Below, piece by piece: positions 48,160 to 59,998 of a stretch of 64,000 bases of DNA. The stretch's first letter is position 1. The number at the start of each line of letters is the position of its first letter. Origin of the DNA: Nemertoderma westbladi (taxonomy: Eukaryota; Animalia; Xenacoelomorpha); NCBI GenBank assembly GCA_032718475.1, contig JAUCBJ010006985.1, positions 33,445-97,444 on the forward strand, in the 5' to 3' direction. A program made the position numbers and the translations under genes. The notes below the pieces were generated by a model that was not told where the DNA came from, searched no databases, and was given only the letters and a program-made list of their open reading frames with translations.

Positions 48160-51100
48160 GCGTACTGCCACTAGTATGTCTCTGTTAGTTGAAACAAAAT
48201 TGGAACATAATTGAAACAAATTAGGAGCCACGTAATGGTGTCCTACCTGCAATGCTATGTATGCCAGTGAAACAAATTTGAAACAAATTAGGACGGCCGT
48301 AATGATAGTCTACCGGAGAATTGGAACAATGATGGGCTACGGAGCTCAAAAAATTGGAACAATGTTAAGTATGCCAGTGAAACAAATTTGAAACAAATTA
48401 GGAGAGCCGTAATGATAGCCTACCGGAAGAATTGGAACAATGATGGGCTACGGAGCTGCCTGGGTTGTTTGGCTGAACCAGTGGTGGCACGGATGAGGGG
48501 GTAAGAAAAGGGGGAAGGATCTAAAAATAGCACCCAATAGGAAGCTTCTAGCTTCTTGCATTGCTACAGCTACCGGTACCTTGCTTGGCCTCTAAGCTGG
48601 CTCTGGCATAACCCTTATTTTCGCATACGAATAAAGGTAATGTTTTAAAGATCTGATGTGTAAAACGCGTTTTCTTTTTGTGTAGTGATGTTTACGATAT
48701 TATAATTAAACTAACTGCACTAACTATCTCTCATTTATTTAATAATATATGGCAAAAAAAGCAACCAACCTATTAATTATAATAATTTACAATAGTTATC
48801 GAATGTTCTAGGATGTAAATACTTAGCATTATTTTATAGGAAACTATTATCAAAAAACGGTTCTTGTAAAAAAGGTTTTGGCGAAAACTGTTACGGCATG
48901 TATTTCTATTTTCTGCTACGGCATGATTGCTCCGAGAATGTTTGCCGTGGAGTCTGAATAAGGTAGAAAAAGTAGGGGTGGGTGTGTTTGTTAGGTTCGG
49001 GCGGTCGGTGCGGGTAAAGGGTTTGGGAGGGAGGGAGGGAGGGTCGGTAGGGGTAGGTGAGTGCGGGTAATTAGGTGTGTAGGGGTAGGGGTGGTTGGGT
49101 GCGGTTAAGTAGACGTGCTTGCTTAGTTTGGTGTGTGGGTGCGGTTAAGTAGACGTGCTTAGGTTGGTGGGTGGGTGCCGTTAAGTAGACGTGCTTATGT
49201 AGGTTGGTGGGTGCGGTTCAGTAGACGTGCTTAGGAGGGTGGGTGGGTGCAGTTAAGTAGGTGTGCTTAGGTGGGTTGGTGGTGCGGTTAAGTAGGGGTG
49301 CTTAGGTGTGTGGGTGGGAGCGGGTAAGTAGACGTGCTTAAGTAGGTGGGTGGGTGCGGGTTAGTAGACGTGCTTAGGTGGGTGGGTGCGGTTAAGTAGA
49401 CGTGCTTGGGTGGGTGCGGTTAAGTAGACGTGCTTAGGAGGGTGGGTGGGTGGGTGCGGTTAAGTTGGTGTGCTTAGGTGTGTGGGTGGGTGCGGTTAAG
49501 TAGACGTGCTTATGTAGGTGGGTGGGTGCGGGTAAGTAGACGTCCTTAGGTGGGTGGGTGCGGTTAAGTAGACGTGCTCGGGTGGGTGCGGTTAAGTAGA
49601 CGTGCTTAGGAGGGTGGGTGCAGTTAAGTATGTGTGCTTAGGTGGGTGGGTGGGTGTGGTTAAGTAGACGTGCTTAGGTGGGTGCGGTTATATAGGTGTG
49701 CTTAGGTAGGTGGGTGGGTGCGGGTAAGTATACGTGCTTGGGTGGATGGGTGGGTGCGGTTAAGTAGACGTGCTTAGGTGTGTGGGTGGGAGCGGGTAAG
49801 TAGACGTGCTTAAGTAGGTAGGTGGGTGCGCGTAAGTAGACGTGCTTACGTGGGTGGGTGCGGTTAAGTAGACGTGCTTGGGTGGGTGCGGTTAAGTAGA
49901 CGAGCTTAGGAAGGTGGGTGGGTGCGGTTAAATAGGTGGGTGGGTGGGTGTGGTTAATTAGACGTGCTTAGGTGGGTGCGGTTAACTAGGTGTGCTTAGG
50001 TAGGTGGGTGGGTGCGGGTAAGTATACGTGCTTAGGTGGGTGGGTGGGTGCGGTTAAGTATACGTGCTTAGGTGTGTGGGTGAGAGCGGGTAAGTAGACG
50101 TGCTTAAGTAGGTTTGTGGATGCGAGTAAGTAGACGTACTTAGGCGGGTGGGTGCGGTTAAGTAGACGTGCTTGGGTGGGTGCGGTTAAGTAGACGTGCT
50201 TAGGAGGGTGGGTGGGTGCGGTTAAGTAGACGTGCTTAGGATGGTGGGTGGGTACAGTTAAGTCGTGCTTAGGTGGGTGGGAGGGTACGTGTAAGTTGGT
50301 ATGTAGGAATGGGTATGTGTGGTTAAATACAGTAGGTGTGTAATGATGGGTGGGTGGCTGGGGGTAAGTTTAGCAACTATTAAGTAGTATTTCCACTTCT
50401 CAATAAGGTAGACAGCTGTATGTTTACAGTATAGAACGGTCGTAAAATAGAGGCGCCCTATTGGATGCTATTTATAGATCCATACCCCTTTTCTTTCCCC
50501 CTCTTCCCCCTTTTCTTACGCGCTCTTACCCCCAGCACAGAGAAGATCTTCCCCCAGCTCAATGCGCGTACTGCCACTAGTATGTCTCTGTTAGTTGAAA
50601 CAAAATTGGAACATAATTGAAACAAATTAGGAGCCACGTAATGGTGTCCTACCTGCAATGCTATGTATGCCAGTGAAACAAATTTGAAACAAATTAGGAG
50701 GGCCGTAATGATAGTCTACCGGAGAATTGGAACAATGATGGGCTACGGAGCTCAAAAAATTGGAACAATGTTAAGTATGCCAGTGAAACAAATTTGAAAC
50801 AAATTAGGAGAGCCGTAATGATAGCCTACCGGAAGAATTGGAACAATGATGGGCTACGGAGCTGCCTGGGTTGTTTGGCTGAACCAGTGGTGGCACGGAT
50901 GAGGGGGTAAGAAAAGGGGGAAGGATCTAAAAATAGCACCCAATAGGAAGCTTCTAGCTTCTTGCATTGCTACAGCTACCGGTACCTTGCTTGGCCTCTA
51001 AGCTGGCTCTGGCATAACCCTTATTTTCGCATACGAATAAAGGTAATGTTTTAAAGATCTGATGTGTAAAACGCGTTTTCTTTTTGTGTAGTGATGTTTA

Positions 51101-52957
51101 CGATATTATAATTAAACTAACTGCACTAACTATCTCTCATTTATTTAATAATATATGGCAAAAAAAGCAACCAACCTATTAATTATAATAATTTACAATA
51201 GTTATCGAATGTTCTAGGATGTAAATACTTAGCATTATTTTATAGGAAACTATTATCAAAAAACGGTTCTTGTAAAAAAGGTTTTGGCGAAAACTGTTAC
51301 GGCATGTATTTCTATTTTCTGCTACGGCATGATTGCTCCGAGAATGTTTGCCGTGGAGTCTGAATAAGGTAGAAAAAGTAGGGGTGGGTGTGTTTGTTAG
51401 GTTCGGGCGGTCGGTGCGGGTAAAGGGTTTGGGAGGGAGGGAGGGAGGGTCGGTAGGGGTAGGTGAGTGCGGGTAATTAGGTGTGTAGGGGTAGGGGTGG
51501 TTGGGTGCGGTTAAGTAGACGTGCTTGCTTAGTTTGGTGTGTGGGTGCGGTTAAGTAGACGTGCTTAGGTTGGTGGGTGGGTGCCGTTAAGTAGACGTGC
51601 TTATGTAGGTTGGTGGGTGCGGTTCAGTAGACGTGCTTAGGAGGGTGGGTGGGTGCAGTTAAGTAGGTGTGCTTAGGTGGGTTGGTGGTGCGGTTAAGTA
51701 GGGGTGCTTAGGTGTGTGGGTGGGAGCGGGTAAGTAGACGTGCTTAAGTAGGTGGGTGGGTGCGGGTTAGTAGACGTGCTTAGGTGGGTGGGTGCGGTTA
51801 AGTAGACGTGCTTGGGTGGGTGCGGTTAAGTAGACGTGCTTAGGAGGGTGGGTGGGTGGGTGCGGTTAAGTTGGTGTGCTTAGGTGTGTGGGTGGGTGCG
51901 GTTAAGTAGACGTGCTTATGTAGGTGGGTGGGTGCGGGTAAGTAGACGTCCTTAGGTGGGTGGGTGCGGTTAAGTAGACGTGCTCGGGTGGGTGCGGTTA
52001 AGTAGACGTGCTTAGGAGGGTGGGTGCAGTTAAGTATGTGTGCTTAGGTGGGTGGGTGGGTGTGGTTAAGTAGACGTGCTTAGGTGGGTGCGGTTATATA
52101 GGTGTGCTTAGGTAGGTGGGTGGGTGCGGGTAAGTATACGTGCTTGGGTGGATGGGTGGGTGCGGTTAAGTAGACGTGCTTAGGTGTGTGGGTGGGAGCG
52201 GGTAAGTAGACGTGCTTAAGTAGGTAGGTGGGTGCGCGTAAGTAGACGTGCTTACGTGGGTGGGTGCGGTTAAGTAGACGTGCTTGGGTGGGTGCGGTTA
52301 AGTAGACGAGCTTAGGAAGGTGGGTGGGTGCGGTTAAATAGGTGGGTGGGTGGGTGTGGTTAATTAGACGTGCTTAGGTGGGTGCGGTTAACTAGGTGTG
52401 CTTAGGTAGGTGGGTGGGTGCGGGTAAGTATACGTGCTTAGGTGGGTGGGTGGGTGCGGTTAAGTATACGTGCTTAGGTGTGTGGGTGAGAGCGGGTAAG
52501 TAGACGTGCTTAAGTAGGTTTGTGGATGCGAGTAAGTAGACGTACTTAGGCGGGTGGGTGCGGTTAAGTAGACGTGCTTGGGTGGGTGCGGTTAAGTAGA
52601 CGTGCTTAGGAGGGTGGGTGGGTGCGGTTAAGTAGACGTGCTTAGGATGGTGGGTGGGTACAGTTAAGTCGTGCTTAGGTGGGTGGGAGGGTACGTGTAA
52701 GTTGGTATGTAGGAATGGGTATGTGTGGTTAAATACAGTAGGTGTGTAATGATGGGTGGGTGGCTGGGGGTAAGTTTAGCAACTATTAAGTAGTATTTCC
52801 ACTTCTCAATAAGGTAGACAGCTGTATGTTTACAGTATAGAACGGTCGTAAAATAGAGGCGCCCTATTGGATGCTATTTATAGATCCATACCCCTTTTCT
52901 TTCCCCCTTTTCTTACGCGCTCTTACCCCCAGCACAGAGAAGATCTTCCCCCAGCTC
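48160..52957. repeat. Near-identical 2.4-kb tandem duplication (period 2406 bp)
   Basis: 48160-50565 and 50566-52957 differ by only about one substitution (GGACGG vs GGAGGG) and one ~9-bp indel that I could spot by eye. Confidence 0.92.
49070..50290 (+). repeat. G/T-rich ~29-37-bp minisatellite GGGTGCGGTTAAGTAGACGTGCTTAGGT(GGGT)n; second copy ~51476-52696
   Basis: Dozens of imperfect units with strong G-strand skew. Confidence 0.92.
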
Positions 52958-53079
52958 GCGCGCAATACAAACTTAAATCCTCTCCATATGAACTTAGATC
53001 CTTCGTATTCGAACTTAGATCCTCAAGATCTAAGTTCGTTCACTCCTGACCTGACGAACTTTTCGTTAGGTTATTAGCC

Positions 53080-54407
53080 TCCAGTTAACACTCTAACACT
53101 CGAGTCCCCAATGCGACAAAGGTAAGCTGACTGCCTTGGCAGATAAACTTTCTCTTAGCGCAGTGGGTATTCAAGAGGACCGAATGCAGACTGGACAGAC
53201 TGATCAGGTTCTGAGTAAGGACATGGGAGGCGGTTGGCGACACTCGCCCTCACATCAGCAGATGATAGTGGCAATAATGGTGTAATTATGGACTATTGAT
53301 GAATCCACCTGCACATGCAGCATTGGACAAGGAGACCAAATCTCTAACCGCATCATCCATTGCCACTTCTCATGTTCTGGAAGAATGGCTAAGAAGATTC
53401 CTAAGGTGGTTCTGATTGTGTGCCCTTCTCCAACTAGTGTTGTCCAGGTAGAGGAGGTGGAAAATTTCTACCACAATCAACAAGCAGGTACTGGAGTGGA
53501 TCAGCGTGCATTCTTAACATTCCTGGGAGACTTTAATGCAAATCGGCATCAATCACCTACAAGTCAATCTACCTCATAGTAGGTGTCAGTTCCCAAGAAG
53601 GGCAACCTTAACACTCTATGTTTCTTTTCGGGAAATCTCATTGATCTCGATTGCTGCAAAGCTATACAATACAGCAATAGAATTCTATTAAATCGAATCA
53701 GGGATGCCATTGAGAGAATGCTCCGTGGAAATCAGAATGGGTTCCGTAAAGGTCGTGGGACAATGGAGCCCATTTTGATACTTAGAATGATAATTGAAGA
53801 GTTATCAAAAAAGAAGCACAGGCACATGACTGTTATCTTTGTTGACTTCTTCAAGGCCATTGATTCAGTCTCTTGCTCACGTATGTTTATCATACTTTCA
53901 ATATATGGGATTCCTGATGAAATTATAGCAGCAATCAGATCAGTATACGATGGTTCGACAACATTTTTGTCTACTGTTGACGGTACACAGAGCCATTTGA
54001 AGTGTTATGGGGAGTCCTTCAGGGAGACACACTTGCACCATTCTTGTTTATAATTGTGGTTGACTATGTTCTACGCATGTCCTTAGATCATCATAATGAT
54101 GATGGGGTGACGGTAACTCCACCTACTGGCTCCAGTAGTCGAGGAAATCCAGCCATGTACCTAATCAATCTAGACTTTGCTGATGACTTAGGAGTACTCT
54201 CAGAATCACTAGAGGGAGCCCAACGGCTCCTCAGCTCATTACAGTAGAACAGGTTGCTTCTAGTGTTGTTCTTTTTATTAACTCCAAAAAGACCCAAATT
54301 TTGACAGTTAACTTTGAAAGTCCTCAGCATGTCTCTGACCAGATGAACATACGCTCAAAGGATGGTATGCTTGAGCATGTGGACGACTTCTGTTACCTAG
54401 GATCATG
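53080..54407 (+). mobile_element. Decayed RTE LINE with endonuclease and RT remnants, internally deleted
   Basis: APE motifs VGIQE (~53163) and FLGDFNA (~53520). RT motifs NQNGFRKGRGT, FVDFFKAIDSV, GVLQGDTLAPFLF, DFADDL and FCYLGS. Same family as 4032-5535. Confidence 0.88.
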
Positions 54408-55429
54408 CATGGCCTACTATAGATACGACCCGCCAAGATTCTGCAAAGCACCTAAAATTAGTGGGGCAGTTATTTCTCTTAGATAGAATCCCTTAAACAA
54501 TAGGTCTAGTGCGTCGAAAGTACTTGTCCCTAACTAAAATTATGTCCTCTTTCAGATGAGACAAATAAAAATTGAATAGCTCCAGTAGTTTTCGAGATAT
54601 GAGGAGTTCTTGGCACCCATACCATATCAACACCTTTCGGGATTGATAAAATTACACAAAATACATCACCCTTCAAAGACTTTGGTATAACGATTAAGGG
54701 ATAACTATGCTTTGTTGGTTTGTTGAATTCATTATTAGTAATCGAAAGCAAGATTAGAAGTAATATTTTCATTTTTTTAATAGATACTAAAAGAGCACCA
54801 AAAGTGTAAGTAGCACTTTTTTCAAAAGTGTTACATTTGCCCTACAGTTTGGTTACTGAGGTTTTAGAATGTGCTGATTTCCTTGGGAAGGCTTCTCTAC
54901 ATCAAACGTATCGAAGAGTTGTGTAATATAACAACATAGGCATGTTGTTATTTATATTAGTTATTAGTCAGTTATTTGTGCCCCATGGAGCACGAAAAAA
55001 ACAAGTACAGTAGTGGAAATATGATAATGAAAAATCACCACGAAATCAAATTGATTTAATGGCCATATAGGTTTTTTTGGATGCTGAATTGAATTGAATA
55101 ATCAATTAAACCCTAATTAGGAGTCATAAGACACCTATTAGGGTTTACATGTACTACAGTAATTAATTGATGACACTCGTCAATTAGGGTCTAATTAGCC
55201 TAATTAGGAGGTGTCACCCAGACAGTCTGGCGCTAATGACACCCAATGGCACCCTATGGGTGATAATAGGGTGTCATATAACACCCAATGGGTGTCAGTG
55301 GGGACCAAGTCTCACAAAACCGCCCAAGACTCTACTACTGTTGTAATTCAGTGTCATGCAACTATCACTCAACTTGTACCTTGGTGTCTTGCTTTTGTTC
55401 CTGGGGGGGTGGGGTGGGTTCTTACTTCT

Positions 55430-55910
55430 TACCTTTATACCTGAGGGTCCTCTTACTTTTGTACCAGGGGAGTCTTACTTTTGTACCTGAAGAGGTCATA
55501 CGTTTGTACCAAGGGTGTCTTACTCTTGTACCTGGGGGTCTTACACTACTTTTGTACCTGAGGGGGTCTTACTTTTGTACCTGGGTGGGGTTTTACTTTG
55601 GAACCTGGGAAGTCTTACTTTTGTACCTGGTGTGGGTCTTACGTTTGTACCTGGGGGTCTTACATTTGTACCTGGGGGTCTTACATTTGTACCTTAGAGG
55701 GTCTTACGTTTGTACCTGGGGGGTCTTACTTTTGTACCTGGGGAGGCTCTTACGTTTGTACCTGGGGGTCTTACGTTTGTACCAGGAGTCTTACTTTTGT
55801 ACCTTTGGGGGGTCTTACTTTTGTACCTGGGGGTCTTACTTTTGTACCTGGGCGGGGAGGGGGGGGGGGGGGGTCTTACTTTTGTAGGGTCTTTGGTCTT
55901 AAAGTGTTGG
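55430..55910. repeat. 21-22-bp minisatellite GGGGGTCTTACTTTTGTACCT
   Basis: About 20 imperfect tandem units. Confidence 0.9.
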
Positions 55911-57351
55911 GTCTTAGCTCTTTATTTTGTACACCCATATAACTACTGTAACTGCGATATTAATTAGTTTACATGTTCTTCAATATATTATTGTGATGTG
56001 CAATATTGAATTTATAACGATGCAATATTGAATATTTCGTTCAATTTTGGTATTATTTCTTAAAGTTTTGATTTCGTTTTGTTTATTTCTCATATTTTTG
56101 TTTATTGAGGTTTATGTAGTCAATACAGTACGCTATACCGATTGATATTACCGATATACCGTAAATTTACTACGTTTATTCAGTGTGAGTGGCTAAATAA
56201 AATAAACACCGTTCTGTACCGTTTTTAAAATGATTGGTGAGGATTGATTTTTGCTGCACACGCTACCTGTATATCGAAATCTAATATTGTTATCAGAGAA
56301 GGTAGGTGCTAAAATGCACAACGAGCAACAATGACCAACAACGAGCAACAATGAGCAACAACGAGCAACAATGAGCAACAACGAGCAACAATGAGCAAAA
56401 ACGAGCAACAATGAGCAACAACGAGCAACAATGACCAACAACGAGCAACAATGACCAACAACGAGCAACAATGAGCAACAACGAGCAACAATGAGCAACA
56501 ACGAGCAACAATGAGCAAGAACGAGCAACAATGAGCAACAACGAGCAACAATGAGCAACAACGAGCAACAATAAGCAATAATAAAGTACAACAATGAGCA
56601 ACAATGACCAACAACGAGCAACAATGAGCAACAACGAGCAACAATGAGCAACAACGAGCAACAATGAGCAACAATGAGCAACAACGAGCAACAATGAGCA
56701 ACAACGAGCAACAATGAGCAACAACGAGCAACAATGAGCAACAACGAGCAACAATGAGCAACAACGAGCAACAATAAGCACCAATGAGCAATAATAAAGT
56801 ACAACAACGAGCAACAATGACCAACAATGATCAACAACGAGCAACAATGGGCAACATCGAGCAACAACGAGCAACAATGAGCAATAATAAAGTACAACAA
56901 CGAGCAACAATGACCAACAACGAGCAACAATGAACAACAATGACCAACAATGAGCAACAATGACCAACAACGAGCAACAATGAGCAACAACGAGCAACAA
57001 TGAGCAATAATAATGTACAACAACGAGCAACAATGAGCAACAATGAACAACAATGAGCAACAATGAGCAATAATAAAGTACAACAACGAGCAACAATGAG
57101 CAACAGTAAAGTACAACAACGAGCGACAATGAGCAACAATTGCCATTTAAGGCAGAAATGAGCAGGCAGCAGAGTAGTAAAGGACCGGCTTACAGAGGCG
57201 TGTTCAGGTGTTGGCGTTGGTGGGAACCAAAACAATAAACGAAAGTTAAGACATGTTACAAGATTATGGGTCCGGTCACAAAAAGATCAGGTAATAAGGG
57301 TCCGGTCAATAATACACAAGTAAAATATAAATCAAATATAAAGCTTCAACA

Positions 57352-58040
57352 CCTCATCCGATAATGTTGTTGATTTATCTATTCTGGGACTTCGAGCAGC
57401 TCGTGAACAACTAAACCAGCATGTTAACTAGTCTCGGGCTTCGATAGTAGCACGCGAACAACTAAGCTGACTGGTTAACAAGTCTGGGACTTCGAGCAGC
57501 ATGTGAACAACTAAGCTCACTGGTTAACTAGACTGGTACATGTCTGGGACAGTATAGGCAGATGCATTATACACCTATTGTTATTACAGTATGCCTACCT
57601 GCGATATATATCAGTTCCCTGCTATATTGTTATAATTATAATGTTCTGATGTAATTATAACTGATACAAGCAAATAATAAATGTTCTTTACATTTACTGC
57701 TAGAAGTTAAGCCAAATCCCCCCTCCTCAATTTGCCATTTTGCTCGAAGTCCCAGACTAGTGAACAAGTCAGCTTAGTTGTTCACGTGCTACTGGAAGTC
57801 CCAGACTAGTTAACCAGTCAGCTTAGTTGTTCAAGTGCTGCTCGAATTCCCAGACTTATTAACCAGTCAGCTTAGTTCAGGCGTTGTTCACGTGCTACTG
57901 GAAGTCCCAGACTAGTTAACCAGACAGCTTAGGTGTTCACGTCACGTCTGCTCTATGACCCAGATAGTTAACGTCAGGTTTAGATGTTCACGTGCTGCTC
58001 GAAGTCCCAGAATAGATAAAACAACAACAATAACGGATGA
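57352..58040. repeat. Internal inverted repeat with ~48-bp subrepeats (probable nested MITE)
   Basis: CTCATCCG...TATCTATTCTGGGACTTCGAGCAGC is mirrored by GCTGCTCGAAGTCCCAGAATAGATA...CGGATGAG. Confidence 0.7.
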
Positions 58041-58675
58041 GTGAGTTAAACCGATAAGAAATAATTTATTCTGATTCAATTAATTACATTAGTCTTACTC
58101 TATTCATGCAGTCATGTATTCAATGTTAAAACAGATTTGAATTTGCCGCCAAAATATAGATAGCAGATCTGAATTTACATGTAAAGTAAAATTACATGTC
58201 TTTCAATCATTTGAATTTCCCGCGCTATGGAGCAGGGTGGCACCTTTTAGGAACTTGTATCCCACAAGCTATAACAGTAGTCTGTAATATAGAACGCTAG
58301 GCAGACTTCAGGACTGCCAGGCAATCAGGTCACTGTGAAACTGTATAAAATACAAAATAATAATACGAAAACCAGTTCACACTTCACAGTACCGTACATC
58401 AGACAGTCAGAACCAGATAATAGGTTGAGGTAAGTTTCACCGACACTACCCAAACAGTACAAGACTGATAGACTGAAATCAGGTAAACTGATAAATATTT
58501 GTAGGCCTACCGGTACCGGTATAGCAGTATTGTGCACCATCTTGATGACATTGCGGGTATGAAAGCATTTTTTATTAAGTTCTTGGTTGGGAATTTATTT
58601 ATTATATCCTACTTATATATTCGGCATTACTGGGATACATTATACTGCATAAGTATAATGATTGTTAGTGGTGTA

Positions 58676-58767
58676 TCTGTGGGGCGAGCCACGAAGTTGG
58701 CGGAGCCTTAGCGAATTGACACTGTTAGGGGGTGGGTCAATTTATGCAAATAGTTGTCGTCGTCGTT

Positions 58768-58808
<41 letters not shown>

Positions 58809-59998
58809 TGTTACGATTTTGACATGCTAATAACTTTGTCGGATTTAAAGCTGCCAAGTTGAAAATTTGTAGGTATCAATATGAGCAAAAGTTGAGATTT
58901 TTGAGAGACTTTCAGACACCATCAGTGCAATGGTCTCCCGCTAGAGGGCCACATGTCTAATCATTAAATGCCCTCCCATTTCTTTGCTTTTAATCCGTTT
59001 AAGCTGAAACTTGGCAGATATGTATTAGACCATTAGCTGTGACTTTCAAAGGAGGCGAATCCATCTGCAGTTCTCCAGTCTGCCGCTAGAGGGCCAAAGG
59101 TCTGAAAGTGAAATCGTTGTCGTCGTTACGATTTTGACATGCTAATAACTTTGTCGGATTTAAAGCTGCCAAGTTGAAAATTTGTAGGTATCAATATGAG
59201 CTAAAGTTGAGATTTTTGAGAGACTTTCAGACACCATCAGTGCAATGGTCTCCCGCTAGAGGGCCACATGTCTAAACATTAAATGCCCTCCCATTTCTTT
59301 GCTTTTAATCCGTTTAAGCTGAAACTTGGCAGATATGTATTAGACCATTAGCTGTGACTTTCAAAGGAGGCGAATCCATCTGCAGTTCTCCAGTCTGCCG
59401 CTAGAGGGCCAAATGTCTGAAAGTGAAATCGTTGTCGTCGTTATGATATTGACATGCTTATAACTTTGTCGAATTTAAAGCTGCCAAGTTGAAAATTTGT
59501 TTTGTTGAAAATCAGTTCAACAGTCACCCGCTATAGGACTACTTTATGCCTGAAAGTGAATAGATTCTCCCGTCTCATTGATTTTAATCAGTTTAAGCTG
59601 AATCTTGCCATATATTCTGGACCACATGCTGCGTCTTTGTGGGGGGGGGGGGGGGGGGAGATTTAATCGGTCTGCCGCTATACGACGAAATTTCTGAAAG
59701 TGAGATCCGTCTCTCATTTCGTTATCCGTTATTCAAGATGAAACTTGGCCGATGTACGTATGTACTATTCATCCATAGGCTGTGTCTTTGTGGGGCTGGA
59801 GACCCTAATCCATCTTCAGTTCTCACTATACCGCTAGAGTCAGAAATGTCTGAATAGAAATGAAAGAGGTAAAAAGTGATTAGGCGAAATCTGCTTAAAA
59901 TTTGCTAATACAGTAATACTTTCGAATTAGTACTTAAATTAAATTTAAGTCACGTGCTGCGCGAAGGCCCCACTTCGTGTTTAGTGGTGTACTCTAGT
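58676..59998 (+). mobile_element. Helentron/DINE-1-like element with (GTC)n microsatellite and 315-bp tandem repeats
   Basis: 5' GTGGGGC and 3' GCCCCAC form sub-TIR-like motifs, with a GCCACGAAGTTGGC hairpin and (GTC)n at ~58756-58807. Tandem units start at 58811, 59126 and 59441. The element ends near CTAG, and its termini are shared with copies at 8-13 kb. Confidence 0.6.

Noticed and set aside
49070-52696. CRISPR-like or telomere-like array
   Set aside because: The units are contiguous with no unique spacers, no cas genes are present and the context is eukaryotic. It is not a TTAGG/TTAGGG array.
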